A stretch of DNA of 64,000 nucleotides, taken from the NCBI RefSeq assembly GCF_006345805.1, contig NC_043003.1, positions 23,436,001 through 23,500,000 on the forward strand, read 5' to 3'. Source of the DNA: Octopus sinensis (Eukaryota). Of this stretch, positions 38,161 to 50,390 are shown in pieces. A program made the translations under genes and the position numbers. The notes beneath the pieces are model-generated. The model searched no databases, had not been told where the DNA came from, and saw only the letters and a list, made by a program, of their open reading frames with translations. Each line of letters opens with the position of its first letter. The stretch's first letter is position 1.

Positions 38161-38326
38161 AATAAGTCATATATGTGTGTTTATATGTTTATACACATAT
38201 ATATGTGTGTGTGTATTTATACATACATATATGTGTGTATGTGTGTGTATATTTATATATATATATATCTATGCTTATGTATATATGTATACACATATAC
38301 ATACACACAACACACACACACACACC

Positions 38327-38401
<75 letters not shown>

Positions 38402-38402
38402 T

Positions 38403-39410
38403 ACAGTTGAAATATACAGAAAAACAGAAGACGAAGACAACTGTATGAACAACAAACAGGTGTATTAGTTTGACGGTCGGCAAAGTGAAAAAGTCTTTTA
38501 CGTTTCGAGCCTACGTTCTTCGTCAGAAAGAAAGAATAAACAGAGAGATAAAAACAAAATCTTGTGGATTTAGCGGCCAAGCATGGCGACAGGTTAGAAA
38601 AAAAAGATTTGACGGGAAAGGTTGAAAGAAGGGGAGAGAATTCAGTGTCGGTGATCTTAAAACAAAGGTGCGCGTACGTGTGAGTGTTTGAGAATGGTAA
38701 GCATGTTTGTGTGGAAAGGGTCTACTGACTTTGGACGTGTGCGTCTGTGTGTGTGCATCTGTAACTTGTGGGTGTATGGATGATGGTGTGTGGGTGTGCG
38801 GATGACGGTGTGCGGTGTGGGTGTAGGGAAATGGTGAATGCAGTTGAGGGAGATTAGAAGTTCGGCTAGACAAAGAAATGTGGAGGTGTCAAGTCGGGGG
38901 TTGTGTCGAAGATTCAGAAAGTGATTAAGTGCAAGAAGTCCTTCGTCGTGTGGGATACGGTATATAGACACATGATATCAAGAGTGAAGAGGGGCCAGAA
39001 AAATTATCAACTGTTTGGAACTGGCCAGGAGCTCTTGTTCAATCCACACAGTGGAATGGTCGGTGGCCCAAGTCGGTGAAGTAGTGATTTTCATTAAATG
39101 CAGGTGGAGTGTTGTGGAATAGTTCATATAGCCTGACGCGGCGCACAAAGATATGAATATCAGAAATTCATTACAGGATACTGTGAGAGGGGATGAAGCG
39201 CAGACCCTTACTAAGAAGAGACCGCTCCGCCTCAGAGGAATCATAACAACAGACTGAAGTGGTGGGTGGATGAGTTAGAAGTAGGAGGGGTGGTGAGGCA
39301 GTGGAATGCTGGTAGGAGAGAGAGGAGGAGTAAGCGCATGCGTGTGGTGGAGACCCAGAAGTGCGTGTTGAATTTGGGGAGGTGTACATCGGGGTGGGGG
39401 TGGATAAGGA
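38403..39410 (-). mobile_element. Internally deleted Penelope-like element (N-terminal and RT fragments, 3' terminus)
   Basis: SEAERSLLSKGLRFIP; SIYRIPHDEGLLALNHFL..STFLCLAELLISLNC; terminus homologous to 19570-19742. Confidence 0.85.
38492..38531 (-). ncRNA. Minimal hammerhead-like motif in the PLE terminus
   Basis: Minus strand TCTTT CTGACGA A GAAC GTAG GCTC GAAA CG TA AAAGA: 5-bp stem I, palindromic ACGT stem III, one mismatch in stem II. Confidence 0.55.
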
Positions 39411-39439
39411 GAGTTGGGTGTATACACTTTACTCTTTTA

Positions 39440-39848
39440 CTCTTTTATTTGTTTCAGTCATGCGAGTGTGGCCATGCCGGAGCATCGCCTTTAGTCGAGC
39501 AAATCGACACCAGGACTTATTCTTTGTAAGCCTAGTACTTATTCTATCGGTCCTCTCTTTTTGCCGAACCGCTAAGTTACGGAGACGTAAACACATTAGC
39601 AGCGGTCGTCAAGCGATGTTGGGGGGTGACAATCACAGACACACAAACATATACACATACATACGTATATATACATATATATACATATATACGACAAGTA
39701 TCTTTCAGTTTCCGTCTACCAAATCCACTCACAAGGCTTGGTTGGCCCGAGGCTATAATAGAAGACACTTGCCCAAGGTGCCACGCAGTGGGACTGAACC
39801 CGGAACCATGTGGTTGGTAAGCAAGCTACTTACCACATAGCCACTCCT
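39440..39848 (-). mobile_element. Family B (CORE-like) SINE, near full length
   Basis: Minus head AGGAGTGGCTATGTGGTAAGTAGCTTGC..GGGTTCAGTCCCACTGCGTGGCACCTTGGGCAAGTGTCTT. Confidence 0.9.
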
Positions 39849-39857
39849 ACGTATATA

Positions 39858-41520
39858 TATAAATCAATGAAATTCCAACTGATTTTCACGTTAATATATT
39901 GAATTAAACTAGTACTTTCGCGCGTTAGGATATCATCAGATTTCTGTAGTGACAGTCGTGGTCACAATTGACAACAGTAGTGAAATGGTTGGATTTATCC
40001 TTTACACACACTCCGCTGGGTTCCAGCAGGGTGAATCTTACGAGCTATATTTTGACCAATCAGCATGTGGCTTAGATGTCACGGTTTGGTGAGCGCACCA
40101 ACTAAGTTGTTACTGTATTTTGACAATCAGTATTTGGTATAGACGTCACGATTTGGTGGGCATCGCTGGGATTCTTTACTCGACCGCACCTAAAGGAATA
40201 ATTGGTTGGCTATATTTTGGAATGTTGTAAACAACAATCCTGTTTTTATTGAATTCTATTGTTACTCCAGAAATTTTTACATTTTAATTGATTCAATGTT
40301 CATTCGGTCAGCACTACTAATATTTTCCCATCACTTTTATTGTTGTTGTTGTTGTTGTTGTCAGCTGAGGTAGCAGTAGTAATAGTAGTAGTACTTATTA
40401 TTATCTCTATCATGATTATAATTAGCACTGATGCTATAACTGTCCATTTAGAACGGATTTGAATTTATCAATAAAATTCTTTTCTCTGACATTTCTCTCA
40501 ATTTCACGTGAATTGTGTAGTTTGTAGAATGGGAATATTATAAGCATCTTCCGACCACATGTTACCAGATGGTTACTTAAAGGGATAGACGGACATCAGG
40601 GTCCCCAATTTTCTCGGTGCACATATGAACGTCCCTATAATGCAGTCCCAGTCTGACCAACTTACATCTCTTCACAATTCTTGCATTTGAGGCTGTAAAG
40701 TAAATTTCTACTTTTGCACTTCATATTTGCATTTGTAAATATTCTTTCAGTTTTTGTGTTCACATATTGTGCAGTATGTATGAACTGACATGTACCACAT
40801 CGATTATCTTGGAGATTAGATACAATGAATGATTCATTATTGTTGCTTAGGTAAAACTTTGCCTTTCTTACTAATTGTTTCAAATTTTTCGTCTGTTTTT
40901 TACTTAGAACCATAGCTCGATCCGAGATTATATCGTTTAATTCATTATTGATCAATTATCGGTAAGTTTGCTTTGACAATGCTAAATATATTTTGATGAG
41001 ATTACTATAAATTGTGTATTACTATATATGGTATGGCCTGTTCTTGTTTTCCTCTTCTTCGGGTTTCCCTAAGTAGTTGCATAGGCATTTCTATAACACG
41101 CTCTATAGCATTTTCTATAAGAAGAGTCGAGTATTTTTGTTTGAGCAGAAATCATTTGAGTTCTGTCAAGCTTTTGTCTGGAATTCAGAGCTTTCACAAC
41201 GGCACAAAATTTTCTAGCTAGACAGTATGGGATATTGGGTTTTGTAATTTGTTGGATGGCATGATAAAAAGTTCAGATATTGATGCGAGTAAGCCAACTT
41301 TGTGGCTTTAATTTTGTCGATGCGCCGGAAAGAAGATTAGCGGTTTGGATAACGCCTCTTTTGTTTTGCCGTTTAAAATTCACAATTCCAATTGTCGCAA
41401 CAACCTTTTCGCTTCTACCTATGATTTCTCATGTGTCAGCGTCCTGATTTTTAAATAGAAAGACCATGTGCTCAGAGAGTGGAAGTTGCTTGGAAACAAA
41501 TGGCCTGATACAAAAATTTC
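39858..41520 (-). mobile_element. Penelope-like element of a second family (RT C-terminus, GIY-YIG pseudogene, 3' terminus)
   Basis: NIPYCLARKFCAVVK; KKQTKNLKQL; RCGTC; MKCKSRNLLYSLKCKNCEEM.VGQTG; terminus abutting (TA)n with a CTGATGA..GAAA motif at 39906-39943. Confidence 0.8.
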
Positions 41521-41718
41521 ACTAGACACGTGATTTCAGACCAAGAAGCTCTTATCTTTATGATGTATGCTTTAAATGATATTTATCTCTCACTGGATGC
41601 AATGCTTTTTATTGATTTTACCATAACAGAAGAATAAACTAAATATAAATAAATGTATGCATGTATGTATATGTAAATATCTATCTATCTATCGGTCATA
41701 TATATATATATACATATA

Positions 41719-41764
<46 letters not shown>

Positions 41765-42022
41765 TATGTATATATGTATATTCATATACATCGAATGCGA
41801 CAAATCGAATCAAGGCTCGAGCGTTTTAATAGGTGCCAACGCATGAAACTCTCGGTCCTTGCACCTCTCCGTTGCTTCCACTAAATATCAATAAATGTAT
41901 ATATCTCTACTCATATTCGCGTTCTATTTTTAGCGGTTGCATCAACATACCTGCATAAGAATATGTATGTATATATATATATATATTATATATATATATT
42001 ATATATATATATAATTAATTAT

Positions 42023-42811
42023 AGGGTGAGAGAATTAGATACTAATTTAATAGTATATTTATTCAACACCAGTGGCCTAGTGCTACGAGAAACCTGGATT
42101 ATTATAATATTTTTAACATATTACAATACTTTTACAAAACAAATATAAGAGAGTGGTCAATATATTGCTCACTCTAGCACCATTAATCCCAAAGGTTTCA
42201 ACCACGAAGATACATGTTTCCCATGAAAGCCAGTACGACTTTAGCTCACACGGACAGGGCAAGTAAAAATAACAAAAATACAGATTATTTTGGGACAATT
42301 GTTTCGCTATTAATGAATTAAATGTTATTACTTCTCGAGCACTAGGCCACTTGGTGTTGAATAAATATACTATTAAATTAGTATCTAATTCTCTCACCCT
42401 TATTAATTATTATAATTATGCTGCATTTATTTCTAAATGCTGTATTGTTTTCCGTGAAAGTTTGGCGCGCTGTTGGTTTGGGGCATTTGAATTATAACGT
42501 CGGATGAATCATTGAACCACACGCGTATTTATCGTTATGGTAAAATCTGGCGTGTGATTGAGTGGATGTCATCCAGATAGTCTTGGCTGACGAGCTACAA
42601 ATGGATTTTTTTGTAAGTAATATTCATTTAATTCATATAATAGCGAAACAATTGTCCCAAAATATCTGTATTTTTGTTATTTTTTACTTGCCCTGTCCGT
42701 GTGAGCTACAGTCGTACTGGCTTTCATGGGAAACATGTATCTTCGTGGTTGAAACCTTCTGGATTACTGGTGCTAGAGTGAGCAATATATTGACCACTCT
42801 CTTATATTTGT

Positions 42812-42812
<1 letters not shown>
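42023..42812 (+). mobile_element. Second retrozyme-like/pLTR-like insertion: inverted partial arm (42023-42324) plus direct monomer (42332-42812)
   Basis: 42023-42091 is the reverse complement of 42332-42400; 42138-42324 is the reverse complement of 42625-42812; flanked by (TA)n; contains a hammerhead. Confidence 0.75.
42574..42668 (+). ncRNA. Type I hammerhead ribozyme with extended stem II (predicted GUC cleavage after 42656)
   Basis: CAGATA gtc TTGG CTGACGA GCTA [43 nt] TAGC GAAA CAATTG TC CCAA aa TATCTG: stem I 4+6 bp around an internal loop, G-C closed stem II, palindromic ACAATTGT stem III. Confidence 0.8.
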
Positions 42813-42859
<47 letters not shown>

Positions 42860-43060
42860 GACTTATGACTCGTGACTGCTACCTCCCGTGTTTTTTCTGC
42901 CACTTTTTTACAGCCGCATTGAAATGTCCTCTCCAGTTTTGCGCAGGACTACTCAGCCACAGTAGGAGATGTTTTAGGACATTAAATATAAAAGCCGGAC
43001 TAGGTCATTTTATGCACAACTCCATTGTCTCCCGCGACACAAAAGGATGCCAACACAGCA
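42860..43060 (-). mobile_element. RTE-like 5' end fragment (same family as 19761)
   Basis: Reverse complement GTTGGCATCCTTTTGTGTCGCGGGAGACAATGGAGTTGTGC..GTCCGGCTTTT matches 19761-19870. Confidence 0.7.
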
Positions 43061-43061
43061 A

Positions 43062-43142
<81 letters not shown>

Positions 43143-44364
43143 CATGTGTAAATGACGAGCAGAACTCCTAAGACAGGGGCGGAAATAGCTGAAAAAGACT
43201 TTCAACAAGGCCCGGTCAAGGAGGAATGAAGTAGATTTTAGAAGGCACCATTTTTGTTACTTGTGACTTAGACAGAAATGTGTACGATATCGAAGGTGCC
43301 TTGTGGAAGGGACGATCTCCGAAGGTCTTCTCTTCATCTTAGCTAGGAGCTTCTTAATATATAGTTACAAATGGTGGTTTTAATCTTAGGTGAGATATAT
43401 CAAAGAAGGAGATGACCTTGCCAGGGCTAAATGACTGATAGGAAGTCTAATGAATTAGAACTGATATGGGACAAGCAACAGTAAAAGGCAAGAATGTTTT
43501 TTTAAATAATGACAAATCTAAATGCTAATCTTCTAAGAAACCTATTGTAAAGAACGGTCTCATCAATATCCACAAAATCTAACATGAGATTTACTTAAAA
43601 GCAATCTGGACTCACGTAGAATTTACACAATACATATGATAACTGACCAATTTGTCCGACAATGATATTTTATACTTGAATTCACAAACAGATGAATATA
43701 TTCATTGAATGTGGCCAGTTTGAATATAATTTGATTGTTACCAGATTAACTCGAATTAAATACAGTAATTTCAGTCGGTATCTATATTGTCTATGACACA
43801 TTTTGTGTGAGAATTCTGATTTTTTTTTCTTTATGTCGTCTAATGTAAATCGCCGACTGGGGAATCAATTGACGACCGGTTAGACACAAATGTATTTGTA
43901 GCCTTTATATATATCTTCGTCTACCTAATATGCCACCATGTGAGACTCTCCAGCGCATCACAGTGTATCTAGTGGCTGTTTGCTTCACCACAATTATATC
44001 ATTCACACATTATATCAAAATCAATCTATTTATGAAAAGCAAACTGGGGCTCGGCATAACACAGAGATTGCAAAGATGAAAGCTGTACGTCACGCACCCT
44101 GTAACTCTTTTAACGACATAACAAGATACATGTTCGCTCACCGTTGAAAGCTTACATCAGCAAAACTATTTTCAATATGAAGTGTATGTACTCAATTAGA
44201 TGTTGGACAAAAACCAAAAAAGAAGAAGAATGAAGCAAAATATCTGTAGTCGAAGTGGGGATTGAACAAGAGCTATAAACAGTGAAGAAGTAATGAAAAT
44301 ATAGCCAGATCTCTGTGTCTATATTTAAAATGCATATAATATAATTGGATGAGAGTATGTTTCC

Positions 44365-44387
44365 ATTAACAACAACAACAATAACAA

Positions 44388-44425
<38 letters not shown>

Positions 44426-44442
44426 ACAACAACAGCAACAAC

Positions 44443-44474
<32 letters not shown>

Positions 44475-44505
44475 TAATAATGATGATGATAATAATAATA
44501 ATATT
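44365..44505. repeat. (AAC)n/(CAG)n/(AAT)n trinucleotide repeat
   Basis: Direct inspection. Confidence 0.9.
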
Positions 44506-45064
44506 AATATACATAAATAAAATAGAACAGAAAAAAGTGGTATAATTTTATTTCCAAAACAAGAAAAAAAGTGAAGTGCAGTAAAAGAAATTTGTAAAAT
44601 ATAAATAGAAAAAGATACGAAGAAAGCAGAAGCGGAAATGAAATAAAATAAAGAGTTAGAATGGGAAAAAAAAAGATGGTATGTGAAAGAAAGATGGAAA
44701 GGATAGTGTTTATTATACAATTTGCAAGTGGAGAAAAAGACAGAGAACTTAAAAAAAAAAACAGAAGATAGCTGTTATAATGTGATATTCTTTCGTTGTT
44801 TTATGTGTTGTTGTTTTTTTTTTGTTTTTTGTTTTACATTTTGTGTATGTTGAAATTTTATTCTACACATTGAAAATTATAGTTCACTTTATTTTTTTTT
44901 AATTACTTAATAACCATGCACGTACGTGCATATATACGCGCACACACACACACACAAATATATGCACGTATATACGTATATGCATACATACACACACATA
45001 CACACGTATCTATATGTATATATTGCATTTGTGTGCCTATATTCATATATGTAACTATGTACAA

Positions 45065-45101
<37 letters not shown>

Positions 45102-45131
45102 TGTGCATCCATATATATGTATATGTGTGTG

Positions 45132-45174
<43 letters not shown>

Positions 45175-45934
45175 ATATATATATTTACGTGTGTAGAATA
45201 AGCAATTGTTTCGATGGGATTGCGTAACAGAGTGGTGGACAGAGAGGGAGGTGCAGACAGCAAAATTCCATTTCCTGATAATGGTTTAGAATTGTTACTG
45301 TAACCTGGATAGTCTCCTTCTGAAAAGCATCAATGAACTAGGTGAGAAAAACCCCCCAGAAAATACAGCTCACGAATCGTACAATAGAAGCAGTTCATTA
45401 AATTGTCAACTGGTTCGTGATTTCGCTGTTCAGAGTTCAGTTTCCAGCACTAGGGGAAAAAAACGTATGTATTCATATATTCGTTTCATTGTATATATCC
45501 ATTAGACGTTCAGTTTGAATTTGTATATATGTTCATATGCCTGTCTCTAGGGTTTGTATGTGTATGAGGGCCTGTGTGATGTAAACCATATATTAATCAC
45601 TAACATTAACATAACCCTAATTAGTTTTACCAATACACTTTTAATTGTTGTATTGGTTGTCACTATTTGTGTAGCCGTTCTCATTGTTGTCTTCCTATAA
45701 TTATACATTTGATTGCTTCATTACGAACACACATATATTTTTACGATATTAAAATATTCAGGGAAAAACAATAATATTTTCCCTAAGGCGTATGCATTTA
45801 AAAATATTTGATTAGCAATTGTAACTGGATAGCTAGATACATTTCCCAAATATGCGTTCACAAAATACCAATTAGTATTTGACAATGAACTGGTTGGTAG
45901 TGCTTTCTGGCATACCTTTAAAATAAATGACATT

Positions 45935-46247
45935 CATCTTTCTTTTTACTTTTTTCAAGCCTAGCCAAGCTCATGGGCCCGGCTTCCTGGTTTCTGTGGC
46001 GTATGTGTTCCCCCAGCTGGACGGAATGCCAGTCCATCGCAGCGTTACTCAAGAAACAGAAAGAGAGAGTGAGAGAAAGTTGTGGCGAAAGAGTACAACA
46101 GGGGGCGCCACCACCTCCTGCCGGTGCCTCGTGCAACTTCTAGGTCTTTTCGCTCAATAAACACACACATAACGCCCGATTTGGGAATCGAAACCGCGAT
46201 CCTCCGAACGCGAGTTGGCTGCCCTAACCACTGGGCCATTGCGCCTC
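45935..46247 (-). mobile_element. Family C SINE with a different central domain
   Basis: Minus head GAGGCGCAATGGCCCAGTGGTTAGGG..GGTTTCGATTCC; tail GGGCCCATGAGC.TGGCTAGGCTT shared with 7224-7470. Confidence 0.8.
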
Positions 46248-46514
46248 CACTATAAATGGCATTCATACTATTTTGTTATTGTTTACCGATGGCTGTTAGT
46301 TACTTTTATGTACATTTCGTATACCAGAAGGCTTTGCAATTTAATTGAACTGCTGTCAATCTAACAATGTGCAAAGAAAACAAAGAAAAAGAGACAGAGA
46401 GAGAGACAGAGAGAGACGTATGACTATCTAGAGACAAGTCTTTTTTTCATTTCATAGATTGCTTACTTTACCTAATTTCTATTCAGTAGTCGAGTAGTAT
46501 ATTGTTTTTAGTAT

Positions 46515-46670
46515 ATATTCTTTTCTAATCTAGGTGCAAGGCCTGGAATTTGGGGGGAGTGGGCTAGTCGATTAGATTGACCCCGGTACGCAACTGGTAC
46601 TTAATTTATCGACCCCGAAAGGATGAAGGGCAAAGTAGACCTCGGCAGAATTTGAACTGAGAAGTAAAGT
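46515..46670 (-). mobile_element. 5'-truncated family A SINE
   Basis: AACTGGTACTTAATTTATCGACCCCGAAAGGATGAAGGGCAAAG block. Confidence 0.8.
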
Positions 46671-48814
46671 CAAACGATTTTTTAATGTATATAAAGAAGG
46701 AATATATTTTATTTTGCCTTCTAGCATATCATAAAAGATTGAATTTAGTGGAGGATGTCGAGAATTTCTTTATATTAATATCCGAAGAATGAGCATCACG
46801 AAAAGCTCTTTTACTATTAGTTTCAACAATTGTGTGTAGAATTCCTGGATATTGTTCTTATTATTCAATATCTGCGTTATCTCCGTCAATGCACGTAGTG
46901 GTAATGTTGTTATGCTAAGTTCAGGATCTGGGGTTTTAGTTATATCTCTTCAGATTTTTAAAGCAATCACAGAACATACAATATTTTAGGTATTGATTCT
47001 CTTTTCAGTGTCCTATTTCCAGATTTTTATATATGGATAATTTATAAATTCCTTTTACTGCTACATTATTTCTTCTTGCGGGTTAAAGCTTGAATATCGG
47101 GGACTTTCATTGGCTGACTATCCTTGAAAAACATATCTGATGATATGAACTTCGTGCTCTCATGCATCAGTCGCTGAGACACTTTTCGGGGACATATTTA
47201 CACGACCTAGTTTCATTTTAATGGTATAACATATAGTGTACGAAAAAACTTACCAACTATTGTCATTCTAGAAAATGCATTATTTATTATGGGTGATCAG
47301 AAATATTATGGTAAAAATTCTTCTAAAAAATTCACTAAAATATGAAAAGCATTCTAATTCATTACACGCTTTTATGGCTTCATAGTTTCTGATGAGATGG
47401 TCTGCCTTCAGTTTCAGTGAGGACTTCTCTGCTCCTCACCCAGTGTTGCCATTTTTCTTTACAGATATGTACATACAACTCATTATTGTTGTCAAACATG
47501 TCCATTTACGTACCTTTGCTGCCAACACAACAACATGGCATCGGAAAACTTTTTCATAAATTCAATTATTGTTTTTGCTTTCTACTCAAAAGAGCTTGTC
47601 AATCCAGTCTCCGCTTTCTATATTTTGGCTTCCTTGGACAGAGAAAAAACATTTTCCCCTGTTTTTGTTTTCTATTTTGTTTTATAGCTATTTGTATGAG
47701 CTTCACTGTTTATTACTAAATATATTTTCGTTCTTCACTTGATACTTTATAATAGATTTCTTGTTGAATGAGAGCCCTACCTGATTCTATTCGTGGTAAA
47801 CATAATGTTTCTATGTCAGATTTTGAGTGATATACACAAAGTGCACTCTTTTGTTGTTGTTTAATATTATATTATTGGAATGTGATTGGGTGGAATATGA
47901 GTTCTATGTAGTGTTATGTTATTGCATGGCAACCGTATGCATTGTGATTTGTTTGAATTATGGTGTCTGGTACGATGTTTTGTAAAAATATGTGTTCTGC
48001 TTTGCTTATTGTAAGTTAAGTTTTCAAATAACTGATTTCTCTTGTAGGTTCCGTTCATATTAGACTATTGAAAACTAGCCATGTATTTCTTGACATTAAA
48101 ACTCGTGTTGAATATTGTGGAACAATCAGCTAGTTGGTATTCGATTAATTTGGATCCGTTGACAGATTCTTTGTAGAACTCTGATACATAACCTTATTCT
48201 TTCGGTGAGTTTCTTCCCAAGCGTTTTTTCTGATTCATATTCATCGATTTTGTTTACTTTCCATTATCGCTATTGCTTCTCTTAGGCTGTCTTTCGTGTT
48301 AACCCTAGCTTATATGATCTGGTGTGATTAGAGATTATATTTCGTGTCCTGTTAAGTGTGCTGTCAGGGAATCATTTTGTTGTGGCTGTTATTTGATTGG
48401 TTGTTCTCATAAGAAATTTTGAATTCTATTCATATATTTCTTTGCATCAGTTTTCCATTTCTCATACTAATTACTTGCGTATGAGCTCTGCCCTATTTTC
48501 AATGAATTCGCGTTTATTGTCTGTGTCGTCTTTTCTGTTGTATCTACATTCTTTGTGCAGTATTTTGTATTTGTGGATTCTGTTGTGATAGCTTTCATTA
48601 GCTTACGGTAATATTATGTTTGTATCAACTATCAGTGTTGTAATATTTTCATGAATTAAGACGTCATTTTTTACAGACGTTCATTTCCATTTCACTTTTT
48701 CGTCGTAAAGTCGTATGTAGTTAGTACATAATAGGGTCTGTTTTTATATTTTCATTGTTTAGTATGCAGTCTTGACCAAAGGTTTGGTACATTTTTTAAA
48801 AAGAAGTAAAACTA

Positions 48815-49180
48815 CTATGCCCAACTATATAATTCCATGCAAATATAGCGTTTATATTTGGGCATTTGATATAAAAATTCTAATTTTCAGACCTATGCTC
48901 CAAACGTTTGCCCAAGTTATAATATGTTGCAAATTAAATAGAACTTTGGCCATTTAATATAAAAATTCAAATTTTCAGATCTTTGCTCCAAAGTTTTGGC
49001 CAATTAATAATATATTGCAAATTAAATAGAACTTTGGCCATTTAATATAAAAATCCTACTTACCAGATCTATGCTCCAAAATTCTGGTCAAGGAATAATA
49101 TGTTGCAAATTATATACCACATTGGGCATTTAATATAAAAAGCCTAATTTTCTGACCTATGTTCCAAACGTTTGGTCACG
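48815..49180 (+). repeat. Diverged 88-bp minisatellite, ~4 copies
   Basis: TTTGG(G/C)CATTT(G/A)ATATAAAAA at 48857, 48945, 49033 and 49121. Confidence 0.85.
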
Positions 49181-50390
49181 ACTGTAGGGCTACCTTCGTT
49201 TATGTGTATTAGCTATTTTAGTGGATATTCTTCTATGAATTATTCTACTTCAATACTTGTGATGTTGTTAGTTTTTTATTATAAATTTTATATATCTTGG
49301 CAATTGCGTTCATATTTATAGTTTTTATTTTGTCTTTTTAATTCTCAAGACATAAACTGGATCATCGTGCTATTATTTGTAGGCTATAGTGTTGATGTTA
49401 TAGAGCGATATTACATTCTAAACCTGTGTTCACTGCTCCAATATAAGCGCTTAATTTAATATTGTATTCATTTCGGATCTTAGTGGTGAGAAAGGGGCAT
49501 CATTTATTTAAGATATAGTCAATATGTGAGAGAACTGACTCTGAAGAAAATGTAACATTGTTTCCCTATAGAGATTGCAATAATTCCACGTTGCAAAATT
49601 AATTTATATGAATTAGGTCGACGGATAGATTTTCGTATTGGTTGATTTATCCTGAACGAAGATGAACTGCTAGATAACATTAGCATTCAATGTCTGAAGG
49701 CTATCTTTTGTATAATTACTCTCGAAAACTTGGTTATCGTTTGTTTACCCCAGATAATCATTCGTTTTGTATTTTCTAATCTAATGTATATAATTCAAAC
49801 AAACTTGTTTTAAGTGAGATAATGAAGTCGCTCTCATATAAAACACATCACTCGCATTTGATTAGAACGTTTCGTTTAATTTTATATCTTTTCAAATATC
49901 TATTTAGTTTAAACATTGAAATGTAATTACTATAGTTTACATATATTTGTCTTGTATGTTCATAATTCTTTCGTGTATGTAGTTATTCAGCATTGATAGC
50001 CAATATTTGTTATGTTATGTTCAGAGATCCAAGTCCAAGAAACAGTAATACTCGTCCAGCCCCCCCCCTTTTCAGCAACAATAAATCCACTGCTACCCGC
50101 AAGGAATATTCGAAAGGAAGAATTAGATATACAACAGACCCAAGCAGTAACTTACCGTGGAAATGTTAGCTGATTTCAGCTTATTTACCTCGTATGCTAG
50201 ATCCGGTGTACAAAATGAAACGAATATCATATCGGCAGTACAAATGAACCGTTATATACCTGAATCGAATAGCATTTCTACACACCCAAGTACGTTTTCA
50301 TAAAATATTTGGAAGAATGTAGAGGGCACCGCAGTCACCGTTAAGAGCATACATCGCAATATCAATACACCACAAATAAACTAACTATCA

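Noticed and set aside
47400-48450. Possible decayed LINE/PLE coding remnants on the minus strand
   Set aside because: Too many stops and no diagnostic motif to assign a family.
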